64,000 nucleotides of DNA, taken from the IMG/VR virus record IMGVR_UViG_3300048598_000131; one strand, written 5' to 3'. Of this stretch, positions 45,350 through 57,022 are shown in pieces. The DNA is from a virus (Duplodnaviria; Heunggongvirae; Uroviricota; Caudoviricetes). The notes under the pieces are model-generated. The model did not search any database and was not told the origin of the DNA. It saw nothing but the letters and a program-made list of their open reading frames with translations. Numbering within the stretch: position 1 is the first letter of the stretch; each line of letters opens with the position of its first letter. A program made the translations under genes and the position numbers.

Positions 45350-45864
45350 CTAAAATTTATTCAGATATAGTAAAAGAATTTCCTTATCATTCAGATAAGG
45401 GTAGTAGTCACAGTTATATATCAGTATACGATAGTTTATTTGATAGCATCAAAGACAATAAGATGCGCGTACTAGAGATAGGTGTTGAGTACGGAACATC
45501 TTTGATAATGTGGGCTCGCTATTTTAAAAATTCGGAAGTTGTAGGCCTAGACATCAATACGGCTAATGTAAAATACGATGTTAGTCCGGCTAAGCTTATT
45601 CAGGGTAATTCACTAGATAAAAGCCTTAATTTAGGCATGTTTGATCTTATAATTGATGATGGGGGCCACGATGTAGAAACGCAGGCTAATACGATTTTGA
45701 ATATGCGTGATAGGCTATATCCTGGCGGGCATTATGTGATAGAGGACATCTTTGTTGAGAATGTTAAAAGTTTAAGTAACCTATTAGGTAAAAATACGTG
45801 TGTATACGATTTACGTGCACTAAAATATAGAGCTGATGACATAGTAATATGTTCTGTAAAGTAA
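45337..45864 (+). CDS. class I SAM-dependent methyltransferase (sugar/macrolide O-methyltransferase-like)
   Basis: DKGSSHSY..YD.LF......VLEIGVEYGTSLIMWARYF....VVGLDI.......G....IIDDGGHD is a Rossmann SAM-binding pattern. Confidence 0.6.
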   Translation: MRTLAKIYSDIVKEFPYHSDKGSSHSYISVYDSLFDSIKDNKMRVLEIGVEYGTSLIMWARYFKNSEVVGLDINTANVKYDVSPAKLIQGNSLDKSLNLGMFDLIIDDGGHDVETQANTILNMRDRLYPGGHYVIEDIFVENVKSLSNLLGKNTCVYDLRALKYRADDIVICSVK

Positions 45865-45879
45865 ACAAAATAAGATTAT

Positions 45880-46482
45880 ATGGATGATACAACAGCTACA
45901 ACTCCAAGTACAACGGTAACTAGTACTGACACAGCTACTACAGTTACAACTCCTAGCACTGATACAGTAACTCCTAGCACGAGCACTGTTACTGATACAG
46001 TAACTCCTAGCACAAGCACTGATACAATAAGCACAACAACTACAGCTCCAACTACAGCTCCAAGTACAACTCCAAGTACAACATCAAGCACAACGGTGTC
46101 GAATACAAGTGTGGATACGACGACTACAGCTACAAGTACGGATACTGTAACTCCTAGCACAACGGCTACCACAACAACTACCACAACAACTACTACGCCT
46201 ACGCAAGTTACAGCTTATGCAGTGAGTAACGGGGACGACATTCCAAGCGTGCTGTTTACGGATAAGCAAGTAGCTGATCATCTTAATCTAAGTAGAGGAA
46301 TATCTTCAGAATACACAGTAAGCGTTGATCCTAACGACGATAGCATTGGCACGATTACAATTACGCGTAAAGTTGCGTTAGATAATACAGTAGCTAGTGA
46401 CTTTTTTAAAAGCAGTGCTTTGTCTAAGCTTACTACAGATGAAGTAACTGCGCTTAAGAGTGCTTGGAATGTTAAAAGCTAA
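45880..46482 (+). CDS. Thr/Ser/Pro-rich mucin-like low-complexity protein with C-terminal globular domain
   Basis: The first roughly 110 aa are almost only T/S/P/A/V/D (TTATTPSTTVTSTDTATTVTTPSTDTVTPSTSTV...). The C-terminal 90 aa are ordinary. Confidence 0.55.
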   Translation: MDDTTATTPSTTVTSTDTATTVTTPSTDTVTPSTSTVTDTVTPSTSTDTISTTTTAPTTAPSTTPSTTSSTTVSNTSVDTTTTATSTDTVTPSTTATTTTTTTTTTPTQVTAYAVSNGDDIPSVLFTDKQVADHLNLSRGISSEYTVSVDPNDDSIGTITITRKVALDNTVASDFFKSSALSKLTTDEVTALKSAWNVKS

Positions 46483-46885
46483 ATTTTTTGAATAGCCATT
46501 CAACGCTAACTTTAGCTACGGCTGTGATGGCTATTACAGCAAGGACTGCAATTATAGCCCATTTTCCGGTAAAATATTGCTTCCAATCCCATAAGGTGTT
46601 TAGCCTAGGACTTATAGACTCCGAGATATCTTTTTTAATTCCGTCTATGTCGCTATAGCGCAACTCAGTTTCCGCCAGTCGCTTTTCTGCCTCTGAAAAA
46701 CGTTTGCTGTGTTCGATTACGGTATTGAGCGTCCAATTCGACTGATTTTCCAGTTTACTCACAGCTTCCACGAGATAACGTTCATCATCTGGTAAATTTT
46801 TTATCAGATGACTTGGAATGCTGCTTTTAAACACTGGAATGGGCGAATCAACTGAATTGTCGCTTCCACAGCTCATGTCTTTCAT
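46472..46885 (-). CDS. hypothetical protein with C-terminal transmembrane anchor
   Basis: 137 aa on the minus strand. The C-terminus reads WAIIAVLAVIAITAVAKV. Confidence 0.5.
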   Translation of the reverse strand: MKDMSCGSDNSVDSPIPVFKSSIPSHLIKNLPDDERYLVEAVSKLENQSNWTLNTVIEHSKRFSEAEKRLAETELRYSDIDGIKKDISESISPRLNTLWDWKQYFTGKWAIIAVLAVIAITAVAKVSVEWLFKKFSF

Positions 46886-47115
46886 TTCAACATTAAATAC
46901 AGTTTAACATCAACAGTGCTAAGATATAGCACTCATTTAGTTCTAACAGGCTAGGGCAGTCAAAAAGTGCGTACACGAATACTATTAGCTATAATGATTA
47001 CACTAATATTAATACTGAATACATCGCAAGTGCTGCTACGCTAGACGCTGTAGATAAAGTGCCCAAAATTACATAAAATGTGCTAGTCGTATTTAAGACT
47101 TAAATGTAGTTAACT

Positions 47116-47376
47116 ATGAAGCGAGTGATCATATTAGTTTCGTTGGTTGTGCTAATGAGCCTATTTGGATGTGCAGCAGGAAAAAATAGGGTATATCCTG
47201 TAGTTGGCTTTGGATGGATATCTGTTGCAACAAATACTGAGGATTTGTCTGTAATAAAAACAACTCTTATAGGGCCTGGAATAAATATGAGATCACAGTC
47301 AGTAGTTGTTGGTTACGAACAGTCTGTGATAGTAAAAGCAAAGACAAATGCTGATAACATAATTGAGGTAAAATGA
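47116..47376 (+). CDS. putative lipoprotein
   Basis: Signal peptide plus lipobox: MKRVIILVSLVVLMSLFGC. Confidence 0.55.
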   Translation: MKRVIILVSLVVLMSLFGCAAGKNRVYPVVGFGWISVATNTEDLSVIKTTLIGPGINMRSQSVVVGYEQSVIVKAKTNADNIIEVK

Positions 47377-47765
47377 GAAATATTTACGTTGCTTTAGCCG
47401 CTATATGCTTAATCTGTGGGTGCAAAGCGCCGACATCGAGCACAATTGTTTTTACGACAACAGTGCTAGGTTTTGAAGTAGCTCAGAATCCAGTCAGTCA
47501 GATGTATCAGGCAAGATTGGGCTATGTTAGAGCAGAAGCTGCTTACACTCCATCGACTAATTCTGATTTGATAACTGAAATGAGATGGAATTCTATTTTT
47601 ACGACTGGAGGGCTTTATCAGCGCATGGCCATCGGCAAGACGGCTGTTGATAATTCAATGTACATGTTCGTAAAAGACGATAACGGAAAAATAGATACGA
47701 ATACGGTAACAAAGCTGATATCGATAGGTGAAGCTAAAATCAAAGCAGCGAATACAAATCGGTAG
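47373..47765 (+). CDS. putative lipoprotein
   Basis: MRNIYVALAAICLICGC has a lipobox-like cysteine. The start overlaps the upstream stop (ATGA). Confidence 0.55.
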   Translation: MRNIYVALAAICLICGCKAPTSSTIVFTTTVLGFEVAQNPVSQMYQARLGYVRAEAAYTPSTNSDLITEMRWNSIFTTGGLYQRMAIGKTAVDNSMYMFVKDDNGKIDTNTVTKLISIGEAKIKAANTNR

Positions 47766-47770
47766 AATTT

Positions 47771-48823
47771 ATGGCGTGGAATTCGGCGCTTAACTATGTC
47801 TATTTTGATAAGAGTTTAAAAACGTATTCAGTATATGGATATTCTTTAAACTTTAAAGGCACGTGGATACTGTCTACTCTCTATTCTAAACTTGATGTAG
47901 TAAGCGTAGGCACAGACCTGTACGTAGCCTTGTGCGCTAATCAAGGTATAAAGCCTAGTGGCACTGTTAGCACGCAGTGGTCAGCACTGATACAGGTAAA
48001 TAATACGTTGTCAGGCTCTGGAGGTTCTACAGGCTATACTGGACCTGCGGGTGCAGATGGAAGCATAGGGCCAACTGGATATACGGGTTACACAGGGCCT
48101 AAGGGAGATTCTGCTGATTTAGGCCCTGATGTCATAAATTGCAGTAATATCAACTGGGGTAACGGGACTGATCAGGTAAATTCTCAACAGATGCCCTACG
48201 CGAATAGTGGCTATCCTAGTTTAATCACTGTTGCTGCTGCGCTAGACCATTTGCTTTATGTACCGCTGGTAATAAATGCCTTCACTAATACGGTTAATGT
48301 GGTCGAAATTGGAGCGACTGTAAGCTCAGTTCAACTAGATTGGGTATATAACAAAAGTGTAACAAGCCAACATCTAAGCGTAGGTCCGTCTTCTTTAGAT
48401 GTGAGTCTTAGAGATTACACAGATAGTTCGTCATATACATCAAATAAAACATATACACTGTATGCTTCTGACGGAACAACGAGTCTAACGGCATCTACTT
48501 CTTTAATTTTTAGACCGAGAAATTATTATGGTCAAAGCGCGTCTAGCACGTTAAATAATTCAGGCGTACTTGCTTTAGCTTCAAATCCATTAGCTTCTGG
48601 AAAGGGCTTGAGTCTTAGCAACTATGTCATATCTAGCGCTTATATGTGGTTTTGTTATCCAGCTGGCTATGGCACGGCAAATTTTACGGTTAATGGATTA
48701 GCCAATACTGCTTGGACACTTACTACACTATCGCTTACAAATGCGTCTGGTTATACACAGAACTATTACTGTTATAGATCAAACAACGTGTTAAACGGAA
48801 CATATAGTTTTACATTATCTTAG
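47771..48823 (+). CDS. short collagen-like protein with C-terminal globular domain, fibre protein 3
   Basis: The N-terminal domain (..[17 protein letters not shown]..) resembles the N-terminus of 41099..43495. It has about 15 G-X-Y triplets ([28 protein letters not shown]), then a 230-aa non-repeat domain. Confidence 0.65.
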   Translation: MAWNSALNYVYFDKSLKTYSVYGYSLNFKGTWILSTLYSKLDVVSVGTDLYVALCANQGIKPSGTVSTQWSALIQVNNTLSGSGGSTGYTGPAGADGSIGPTGYTGYTGPKGDSADLGPDVINCSNINWGNGTDQVNSQQMPYANSGYPSLITVAAALDHLLYVPLVINAFTNTVNVVEIGATVSSVQLDWVYNKSVTSQHLSVGPSSLDVSLRDYTDSSSYTSNKTYTLYASDGTTSLTASTSLIFRPRNYYGQSASSTLNNSGVLALASNPLASGKGLSLSNYVISSAYMWFCYPAGYGTANFTVNGLANTAWTLTTLSLTNASGYTQNYYCYRSNNVLNGTYSFTLS

Positions 48824-48827
48824 CAAT

Positions 48828-51800
48828 ATGCCTACCATACCAGGTACAGTAGTAGCAGCAGCAATAACAACGGGTGATACCAATCTTTTATTTTCAATTG
48901 GTGATACAAATGAAATGCAGGGAGGCCATCATTCAGTAGCAGCAGATACTGATAGAGACAATATACCTAGCGCGAGACGAACAGAAGGTATGAGCTGCTG
49001 GGTACAGACGAGCCAGAAACTTTATAGGCTTGTAGGTGGTATAGACAATTCTAATTGGACTGAAGTTACCGTAGCTCCAACCGGTTATACTGGTTACACT
49101 GGTCCTCAAGGTCCTGGAGGAGAAGATGGAGGCCCAACAGGATACACAGGGTACACTGGACCTACAGGAGTTACCGGTTATACCGGTTACACTGGGCCGC
49201 AGGGAAATGCATCAACAGTTACGGGCTATACCGGTTACACTGGTTCATCAGGTAGTCAAGGCAGCACTGGATTTACTGGTTTTACCGGGTACACCGGATA
49301 TCAAGGGATTCAGGGATCAACTGGCTACACTGGATTTACAGGACCACAAGGAATACAAGGAGTTACAGGATATACTGGCTACACCGGTTATACTGGAAGA
49401 ACTGGATATACAGGATATACTGGAAATCAAGGTTCAACCGGCTACACTGGTTATACTGGTCCATCAGGCGCGCAAGGGACTACAGGGTATACCGGTTATA
49501 GCGGTCAAACAGGCTATACGGGTTACACCGGACCGCAAGGAAGTCAAGGGAGTACCGGCTATACAGGATTTACAGGACCTATCGGAGCTGCATCAACTGT
49601 AACAGGGTATACGGGATACACTGGTTATACGGGAAGAACGGGATACACCGGTTACACTGGTTCACAAGGAATTCAAGGTGCTACTGGTTATACAGGATTT
49701 ACAGGACCACAGGGAGTGCAAGGCGTAACGGGTTATACGGGATACACAGGTAGTCAGGGTGCCCAAGGCAGTGCTGGATTAGCAGGCGATACAGGATATA
49801 CCGGATATACAGGTTATACAGGACCTCAAGGAATTACAGGATACTCGGGTTCTCCAGGTCCAACAGGCTACACTGGCTATAGTGGTCAAGGCTATTTAGC
49901 CCATAGCTATTCAGCGCTTACGCTTACACTAGGCTCAGTGGCCTATGCAACAGCAGAAACTAATTTAGCTTATGCCGTAAGTGATAGAGTGCAGTTAACA
50001 TGTACCAGCGATCCTGCTGTATGGATGGCTGGATTTATTACAAATTATGACGGTGTAAATTCGTACGTAATAAATGTAGACCTGCTTAATGGTAGTGGAT
50101 CATATACAAGTTGGTCAGTAAGCTTGACAGGTAGGCTAGGAGCAACCGGTTATACAGGCTATACCGGAGCACAAGGAATTCAAGGTGCTACCGGCTACAC
50201 AGGCTATCAAGGTCCTACAGGTTATACCGGATTTACCGGTCCACAAGGTATTCAGGGTGTAACAGGTTACACAGGATATACTGGTAGAACAGGATATACG
50301 GGTTATACTGGTCCGCAAGGACAAACAGGATATACGGGTTATACTGGTCCACAAGGAAGCCAAGGTTCTACAGGTTATACAGGTTATACAGGATTTACGG
50401 GCTATACGGGTTACACGGGGCCTTCAGGCAGCAATGGAAGTCAAGGCTCAACTGGTTACACCGGGTACACAGGAGCTGCATCAACAGTTACGGGGTACAC
50501 CGGCTACACAGGTGCTGCGTCTACTGTAACAGGCTACACAGGTTATACCGGTCCTGTAGGTGCTGCATCAACTGTAACAGGGTATACAGGATACACTGGT
50601 TCTACTGGTCAAACAGGATACACAGGCTACACTGGTCGAACAGGATATACGGGCTACACTGGATCTCAGGGAATTCAAGGATTTACGGGTTATACAGGAT
50701 ACACTGGTCCAGCAGGTAGCAACGGTAGTCAAGGTAATACTGGTTACACAGGGTACACTGGCTATACAGGTCCTGTTGGTGCTCCATCAACTGTGACAGG
50801 TTATACTGGTTATACAGGATCTTCTGTAACAGGCTATACCGGATACACCGGTCCTCAAGGGCCGCAAGGACCGGGTGGAGAGAGCGGAGGCCCTACAGGA
50901 TATACAGGATATACAGGAGTAACGGGCTACACAGGGTACACAGGCTATACGGGACCTCAAGGACTAACAGGCTATGCAGGTTCAGCTGGTCCGACTGGCT
51001 ACACAGGGTATACAGGTTCAGGCTATTTGGCTTACAGCTATTCTGCGCTTACCGTCACTCTAGGATCAGTTGCTTATGCTACAGTTGAATCGGGCTTGGC
51101 TTACAGTATAGGGGATAGAGTTCAGCTTACTTATACAAGTGACTATAATATATGGATGTCAGGTACGATAACCGGATTTGATGGCGTAAATTCGTACGTG
51201 ATAAATGTGGATGCCACAAGCGGCAGTGGCTCATATATAAGTTGGTCAGTAGGTTTAGCTGGTAGAATTGGTTTTACTGGCTATACTGGACCTCAGGGAA
51301 TTCAAGGCTCTACAGGCTATACTGGTTACACAGGCAGTCAAGGCAATACCGGCTATACAGGATATACAGGACCTCAGGGTATCACAGGATACACTGGATA
51401 TACAGGTCCTGCTTCTACAGTAACAGGCTACACAGGATATACTGGTAGAACGGGATACACGGGATATACGGGTGGAACTGGTTATACCGGTTATACAGGT
51501 TACACAGGACCTGTTGGTAGCGCTTCTACGGTTACTGGCTACACAGGATTTACAGGTTATACCGGTCCGCAGGGTATTCAAGGAACTACAGGGTACACAG
51601 GGTACACCGGTTACACAGGGCCTGCTTCAACTGTTACAGGTTACACAGGTTACACTGGACGAACAGGATATACAGGTTACACAGGCCCACAGGGCACTAC
51701 TGGATATACAGGTTACACTGGACCTGCTGGATCTGCGTCTACAATTACAGGCTATACCGGTTACACTGGATATACTGGTCCTAGCGGCGTAACAGGCTAT

Positions 51801-54800
51801 ACAGGTTTTCAAGGAACTACAGGCTATACAGGTTACACAGGCTACACAGGTCCCGCTGGATTACAGGGGCCTACTGGCTATAATGGGGATCAGGGACCTA
51901 CGGGCTACACTGGTTACACCGGTTCAGGCTATTTAGCGTCAACTACTTCAACCCTTACAATTACAACCGGATCTGTAGCTTTTTCTACACTTAATAGCGG
52001 ATTAGCCTACGAAATCGGAGATAGAATACAGGTAACATCCACGAGTAGCTCTGATTTATGGATGTCTGGATATATAACAGGATTTGATGGTGTTAATCTA
52101 TACACATTTAATGCTGATACTTGCAACGGTGCAGGATCTTACAGTAGTTGGTCAGTGAGCCTAGCAGGAAAACCTGGCTCTACTGGTTATACAGGCTATA
52201 CAGGTCCACAAGGAAATCAAGGAACTATAGGATTTACTGGCTATACTGGATACACTGGAGTAACAGGTTACACAGGTTACACAGGTCCGCAGGGAAATGC
52301 ATCTACTGTAACAGGATACACAGGATATACAGGCAGAACTGGCTATACAGGTTATACCGGTCCGCAGGGAGCAACCGGTTACACCGGATTTACTGGTCCT
52401 CAAGGAATTCAAGGTGTAACTGGTTATACAGGTTATACAGGTTCACAAGGTATTACGGGCTACACAGGCTACACCGGAGCTGCGTCTACGGTTACGGGTT
52501 ATACAGGATATCAAGGAATTCAAGGTAGTACAGGATATACAGGCTACACTGGATCACAAGGCAATACGGGTTATACTGGCTATACGGGTCCTACTGGTGC
52601 AGCGTCTACTATTACAGGTTATACAGGTTTTACTGGCTATACTGGTCCACAAGGGAATCAAGGTGTCACAGGCTACACAGGATTTACAGGTCCAGCTGGT
52701 GCTGCATCAACTGTTACTGGTTACACAGGCTATACCGGTTACACAGGTCCAACAGGATTGGCTTCTACAGTAACAGGCTACACTGGCTATACAGGGAGAA
52801 CTGGCTATACAGGTTACACTGGATCAAATGGTGCTACAGGTTATACAGGCTACACAGGTTCAGCCTCTACAGTTACTGGCTATACTGGCTACACAGGATA
52901 TACTGGTCCACAGGGATTAGCCTCTACTGTTACAGGTTACACTGGCTACACAGGACCGCAAGGGAATCAAGGTGTCACAGGCTACACAGGATATACGGGT
53001 TACACTGGACCATCTGGCGCCGCATCTACTGTTACGGGCTACACTGGATACACGGGCTACACTGGTTCGCAAGGAATTCAAGGTCCTACAGGCTATACAG
53101 GATTTACAGGCCCTACTGGTTCAGCATCTACTGTTACTGGATACACAGGATATACTGGCTACACAGGATATCAAGGGGTCACAGGATATACGGGCTACAC
53201 CGGTCCTTCAAGAGGCAACAATATTGTTGTAGCCCTTCCAGCTAATGTCGGTGATTATACAGAAATAGGAAATTGGCTAAAGGCGAACGGACCACACAGT
53301 CTTATTTTAACAGCTACTTTATCAGATTTAGGCATGTCGGTGTCTCAGACATATCTGATAAATACAAGGTTTAATCTTACCTCTGGAACGTGGTATCGGC
53401 TAGTTCCGTCTAATATAAACACGCAACCAGAGATAACTTTCGACATAGATTTAAGTCAGACAAATAGCTATCTATACTTAAGAATACGAAAAACAAATGG
53501 TACATCAGCTAGTAATGTAAATATATACATACTAAACACAGGATACGCTGATGACGCTTTTACACAGACATATGGAACAGGTAGCACAACTGTTCCGACT
53601 AATAGTCTTACATGCGGCGTAGGACCTACAGGATATACGGGTTATACTGGGCCTGCTTTAAGCAGAATGTTTGATTTAGGACTGTTGCCCGCTGCTACTG
53701 CTAATTATGCACGTTATTATAGATTTGCTACGTTGCCTGTTAGCAGTGCAAGTACTTTTGATACACTGTGGTTGCACATGACTACAGGGGGCTGGATATC
53801 TGCTTCAAAAACTTATATTGATTTTAAGTGCGGTAATAGAGGCGGGTTTTACTACACATGGAATTACACAGGTTCATCGCCTAGAACAGGCAGCTATAAT
53901 AGTTTACAGGCTTACATAGAATCTACAGGAGCAGTTACGCTATACGTGACGGTAGCGGCTAATTCATACAGCTGTAGCGGAGTTTCAGTCATAAACAGCG
54001 AAGGTGCTTCAGTTGAAACTAGCTTCGTATACTTGGGAGATAATGTCACGCCTACAGGCACTCTAGCCTTTGATAGCGCAACATATTCAGTGTATGATAC
54101 TGAAGGCTCCGTGACGTCGAATATGCTGGGTGATACCCACTGGGTTCCAGGGACTGTAGGATCGCAAGGAACGTATAAATATTATAATGCTTACGGCACT
54201 GGTTCAAATAACAGTGTGTCTGTGATACAGGGGCCACATACTGAAGACATTGTGGCATGGCATGCTCCAGCGACAGGTCAGTCTACCTATGATGGTGGAT
54301 TTGATACGCCTTACATGACGATAGACAATAATAAGGCGTATAGATATACATGCTGGGTAAGTGTTGCAAATGATAACACAAATGGTGCTTATATCTATTT
54401 TGGACATAATGCTGGCTCTCTTTTAAACTTAGATGGTTCCACTCAGGTTTCTCCGAATTTTACTTATGTACCTCCTTCAGCGCTTACTTTAGGCAGATGG
54501 TACTTGATGGTTGGATATATATGGCCTAATGCCACAAGTAGAACTGCATCATCTAATCTTGGCGGTATATACGACGGAGTAACTGGTGCACAGATAGCTA
54601 ATGGAACTGATTTTAAGTGGGCATCTACGTCAGTTACTGCGTCATTAGTTACCACGGCTTTAGCGTCCACGACAGCTGTTGGAGACTTTTACTGGTGTGA
54701 ACCAGCTATAGAAGAGCTAAGCGGCAAAGAAAGACCGCTTAGTACCATACTTGGGTTAAAATCGGCTGTGAGCACGGTAGTTTCAGTTGTACTTCCTACC

Positions 54801-57011
54801 AGTAGCGTAAACAGCTATACTGAAATTGGAAATTGGTCTATTCCGAGTGGTGGACACACACTGCTAGTGACTATTACAGCGTCTTACACGGGATTTTCAA
54901 CTTCTCAGACGTATTCTATAAATACTAGCTATAACTATACAGGCGGCGTGTGGTATAGATTAGTACCGGCAGGCGTAGCCTCTTACTGTTTTGATCTGGA
55001 TATGAGCCAGACAAACAATGGGCTTTATCTTCGAATTAGAAATATATACGGAACACTAACCGCAGGTTCTGCCACGGTTTACATGCTGAACCTTGGTTTG
55101 GCAAATGATATCTTTACGCAGACATACGGCACGGGAACGACTACTGCGCCTGCCTCTAGCATAAATAGTGGTTTAGGCCCTACAGGATATACTGGCTACA
55201 CTGGACCTCAGGGAGTTATCGGCTACACCGGCTACACCGGTCCACAGGGAGTTACGGGCTACACTGGATTTACAGGACCTACGGGTGTTACGGGTTACAC
55301 TGGATACACAGGTTATACCGGTCCTCAGGGAAATGTAGGTTATCAAGGTGCGCAGGGTAATCCTGGTGCTACAGGTTATACCGGCTACACTGGCCCAACT
55401 GGAGTAACAGGTTATACAGGTTACACAGGTTACACAGGAGGAACTGGCTACACAGGTTATACAGGCTACCAGGGAGTTACGGGCTATACCGGTTACACTG
55501 GTCCATCAGGTATTACTAAGGTATCTGTTGCACTTCCAGTTAATTTAAATGATTACACAGAAATCGGTAACTGGGTTATTGGCAACGGTCCACATAGCTT
55601 ATTTATATCCATTACAGTGGCTGGGTCTGGCATATCAATATCTCAGACATACACGATAAATACCTATTACAATTATACTCTAGGCACATGGTGCAAAGTA
55701 GTACCGGCGAATATCGCAGATTATCAGTATGAAAAGTATGATTTAGACATATGTCAGACAAATAATACGCTTTATCTGCGAATTAGAAACACCTACGGGA
55801 GTTTTACCGGCTATGCCAATGTTTACATGCTAAACCTTGGTTATGCAAATGATGTTTTTACACAGACATACGGCACAGGTAATACAACAGCGCCTACGTC
55901 TGTTTTAAGCGGAGGCTTAGGTCCAACTGGTTATACAGGTTACACAGGGCCTTCAGGTAGTAACGGAAGCCAAGGCTCAACAGGTTATACCGGTTACACA
56001 GGTCCAGCCGGAAGTAATGGTAGCCAAGGAAGCACGGGTTACACAGGGTATACAGGTCCTGCTGGAATTACTGGTTCAAATGGAAGTAATGGTAGTACGG
56101 GATATACGGGATATACTGGTTATACCGGACCTGCTTCTACGGTAACAGGATACACAGGTTACACAGGATATACAGGTAGAACAGGATATACAGGTTATAC
56201 TGGCCCACAGGGAGTTACAGGATATACAGGATATACTGGTCCATCCGGCGCTGCATCTACGGTAACAGGCTACACAGGTTATACCGGTAAAGGCTACTAT
56301 GCAACGAGTGCGTCAACGCTTACGCTTACCACCGGTTCTGTGGCGTTTACGACTAGTCAGTCTAATCTGGCGTATGCTGTAGGTTCGAGAGTAAGACTTA
56401 CCTATAATAGCAGCAATTGGATGGAGGGCTATTTAACTGCTTATGATGGCGCATCCCTGTTTACTGTTAGCGTTGATAGCGTAAAAGGCAGTGGAACATA
56501 TAACGCGTGGACGTGTAACATGAGCGGTGAATACGGTGCTACTGGTTATACCGGCTACACTGGTCCTACTCCATCATCCTACGTTGCGCGCATAATTGCC
56601 GGTACAAACGTTACAATTGATCCAACTACCGGTACTGGCACTGTTACAATAAGCGTGTCGTCATCGTCTGATTTGCGCGTTAAGAAAAATATAAGACCGT
56701 TTACTGACGGCTTGAGCGTTTTGGAAAAATTACCCATAGTTCAATGGGAATTTAATGGTGCAGGAAATACAGTCGACGGCAAACACGGAATGGGTATCAT
56801 AGCCCAAGAAGTCGTCGATAAAATACCTTATTGTATCGGAACACGTAAAGGAAAACTACATCCAGATGATAAGGATGAAACTGATATATATACTGTTTGC
56901 AATGCTGATCTTGTTTGGGTTCTCGTTGTTGCTTACCAAGAGCTGTTAAAGTCTCACAGGCTGCTTGAGGAACGCGTGGCTAAGCTTGAGACTACTAGCG
57001 CTAAATATTAG
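48828..57011 (+). CDS. giant modular collagen-like tail-fibre/tail-spike protein (2727 aa) with C-terminal peptidase-S74 intramolecular-chaperone domain
   Basis: Long GYTGYTG.. collagen-like stretches alternate with repeated globular modules. Module A is about 85 aa ([19 protein letters not shown]...W..G.IT.(F/Y)DG(V/A)N.Y) in 4 copies at about nt 49890, 51021, 51927 and 56292. Module B is about 140 aa ([13 protein letters not shown]......H.L.......G.S.SQTY.INT.(F/Y)N....G.W(Y/C).(L/V)VP......LYLRIR...G......[17 protein letters not shown]) in 3 copies at about nt 53213, 54775 and 55514. A unique roughly 370-aa domain sits at about 53650-54770. The C-terminus [14 protein letters not shown]...GIIAQEV matches the SD.R.K.NI start of the endosialidase/T5-pb1-type auto-cleaving chaperone. 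Confidence 0.8.
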   Translation: MPTIPGTVVAAAITTGDTNLLFSIGDTNEMQGGHHSVAADTDRDNIPSARRTEGMSCWVQTSQKLYRLVGGIDNSNWTEVTVAPTGYTGYTGPQGPGGEDGGPTGYTGYTGPTGVTGYTGYTGPQGNASTVTGYTGYTGSSGSQGSTGFTGFTGYTGYQGIQGSTGYTGFTGPQGIQGVTGYTGYTGYTGRTGYTGYTGNQGSTGYTGYTGPSGAQGTTGYTGYSGQTGYTGYTGPQGSQGSTGYTGFTGPIGAASTVTGYTGYTGYTGRTGYTGYTGSQGIQGATGYTGFTGPQGVQGVTGYTGYTGSQGAQGSAGLAGDTGYTGYTGYTGPQGITGYSGSPGPTGYTGYSGQGYLAHSYSALTLTLGSVAYATAETNLAYAVSDRVQLTCTSDPAVWMAGFITNYDGVNSYVINVDLLNGSGSYTSWSVSLTGRLGATGYTGYTGAQGIQGATGYTGYQGPTGYTGFTGPQGIQGVTGYTGYTGRTGYTGYTGPQGQTGYTGYTGPQGSQGSTGYTGYTGFTGYTGYTGPSGSNGSQGSTGYTGYTGAASTVTGYTGYTGAASTVTGYTGYTGPVGAASTVTGYTGYTGSTGQTGYTGYTGRTGYTGYTGSQGIQGFTGYTGYTGPAGSNGSQGNTGYTGYTGYTGPVGAPSTVTGYTGYTGSSVTGYTGYTGPQGPQGPGGESGGPTGYTGYTGVTGYTGYTGYTGPQGLTGYAGSAGPTGYTGYTGSGYLAYSYSALTVTLGSVAYATVESGLAYSIGDRVQLTYTSDYNIWMSGTITGFDGVNSYVINVDATSGSGSYISWSVGLAGRIGFTGYTGPQGIQGSTGYTGYTGSQGNTGYTGYTGPQGITGYTGYTGPASTVTGYTGYTGRTGYTGYTGGTGYTGYTGYTGPVGSASTVTGYTGFTGYTGPQGIQGTTGYTGYTGYTGPASTVTGYTGYTGRTGYTGYTGPQGTTGYTGYTGPAGSASTITGYTGYTGYTGPSGVTGYTGFQGTTGYTGYTGYTGPAGLQGPTGYNGDQGPTGYTGYTGSGYLASTTSTLTITTGSVAFSTLNSGLAYEIGDRIQVTSTSSSDLWMSGYITGFDGVNLYTFNADTCNGAGSYSSWSVSLAGKPGSTGYTGYTGPQGNQGTIGFTGYTGYTGVTGYTGYTGPQGNASTVTGYTGYTGRTGYTGYTGPQGATGYTGFTGPQGIQGVTGYTGYTGSQGITGYTGYTGAASTVTGYTGYQGIQGSTGYTGYTGSQGNTGYTGYTGPTGAASTITGYTGFTGYTGPQGNQGVTGYTGFTGPAGAASTVTGYTGYTGYTGPTGLASTVTGYTGYTGRTGYTGYTGSNGATGYTGYTGSASTVTGYTGYTGYTGPQGLASTVTGYTGYTGPQGNQGVTGYTGYTGYTGPSGAASTVTGYTGYTGYTGSQGIQGPTGYTGFTGPTGSASTVTGYTGYTGYTGYQGVTGYTGYTGPSRGNNIVVALPANVGDYTEIGNWLKANGPHSLILTATLSDLGMSVSQTYLINTRFNLTSGTWYRLVPSNINTQPEITFDIDLSQTNSYLYLRIRKTNGTSASNVNIYILNTGYADDAFTQTYGTGSTTVPTNSLTCGVGPTGYTGYTGPALSRMFDLGLLPAATANYARYYRFATLPVSSASTFDTLWLHMTTGGWISASKTYIDFKCGNRGGFYYTWNYTGSSPRTGSYNSLQAYIESTGAVTLYVTVAANSYSCSGVSVINSEGASVETSFVYLGDNVTPTGTLAFDSATYSVYDTEGSVTSNMLGDTHWVPGTVGSQGTYKYYNAYGTGSNNSVSVIQGPHTEDIVAWHAPATGQSTYDGGFDTPYMTIDNNKAYRYTCWVSVANDNTNGAYIYFGHNAGSLLNLDGSTQVSPNFTYVPPSALTLGRWYLMVGYIWPNATSRTASSNLGGIYDGVTGAQIANGTDFKWASTSVTASLVTTALASTTAVGDFYWCEPAIEELSGKERPLSTILGLKSAVSTVVSVVLPTSSVNSYTEIGNWSIPSGGHTLLVTITASYTGFSTSQTYSINTSYNYTGGVWYRLVPAGVASYCFDLDMSQTNNGLYLRIRNIYGTLTAGSATVYMLNLGLANDIFTQTYGTGTTTAPASSINSGLGPTGYTGYTGPQGVIGYTGYTGPQGVTGYTGFTGPTGVTGYTGYTGYTGPQGNVGYQGAQGNPGATGYTGYTGPTGVTGYTGYTGYTGGTGYTGYTGYQGVTGYTGYTGPSGITKVSVALPVNLNDYTEIGNWVIGNGPHSLFISITVAGSGISISQTYTINTYYNYTLGTWCKVVPANIADYQYEKYDLDICQTNNTLYLRIRNTYGSFTGYANVYMLNLGYANDVFTQTYGTGNTTAPTSVLSGGLGPTGYTGYTGPSGSNGSQGSTGYTGYTGPAGSNGSQGSTGYTGYTGPAGITGSNGSNGSTGYTGYTGYTGPASTVTGYTGYTGYTGRTGYTGYTGPQGVTGYTGYTGPSGAASTVTGYTGYTGKGYYATSASTLTLTTGSVAFTTSQSNLAYAVGSRVRLTYNSSNWMEGYLTAYDGASLFTVSVDSVKGSGTYNAWTCNMSGEYGATGYTGYTGPTPSSYVARIIAGTNVTIDPTTGTGTVTISVSSSSDLRVKKNIRPFTDGLSVLEKLPIVQWEFNGAGNTVDGKHGMGIIAQEVVDKIPYCIGTRKGKLHPDDKDETDIYTVCNADLVWVLVVAYQELLKSHRLLEERVAKLETTSAKY

Positions 57012-57022
57012 TTCTAATTCAG

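Noticed and set aside
45876-46184. 102-aa Val-rich minus-strand ORF
   Set aside because: It is the reverse-complement shadow of the Thr-rich (ACN codon) repeat of 45880..46482, since ACN reversed gives NGT=Val. Homopolymeric composition.
41718-54670. Numerous 60-160-aa ORFs inside the collagen-like genes. On the plus strand in other frames: 41718..41978, 42975..43178, 49126..49602, 51472..51792, 52148..52528, 52972..53232. On the minus strand: 42182..42466, 42435..42647, 43233..43487, 50136..50363, 51255..51581, 51627..51812, 52161..52412, 54052..54670.
   Set aside because: They are frame-shifted or mirror readings of the highly periodic GGTTACACAGGTTATACAGG repeat. Low-complexity translations (R/L/Q/T runs). 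They lie fully inside a much longer, motif-supported ORF.
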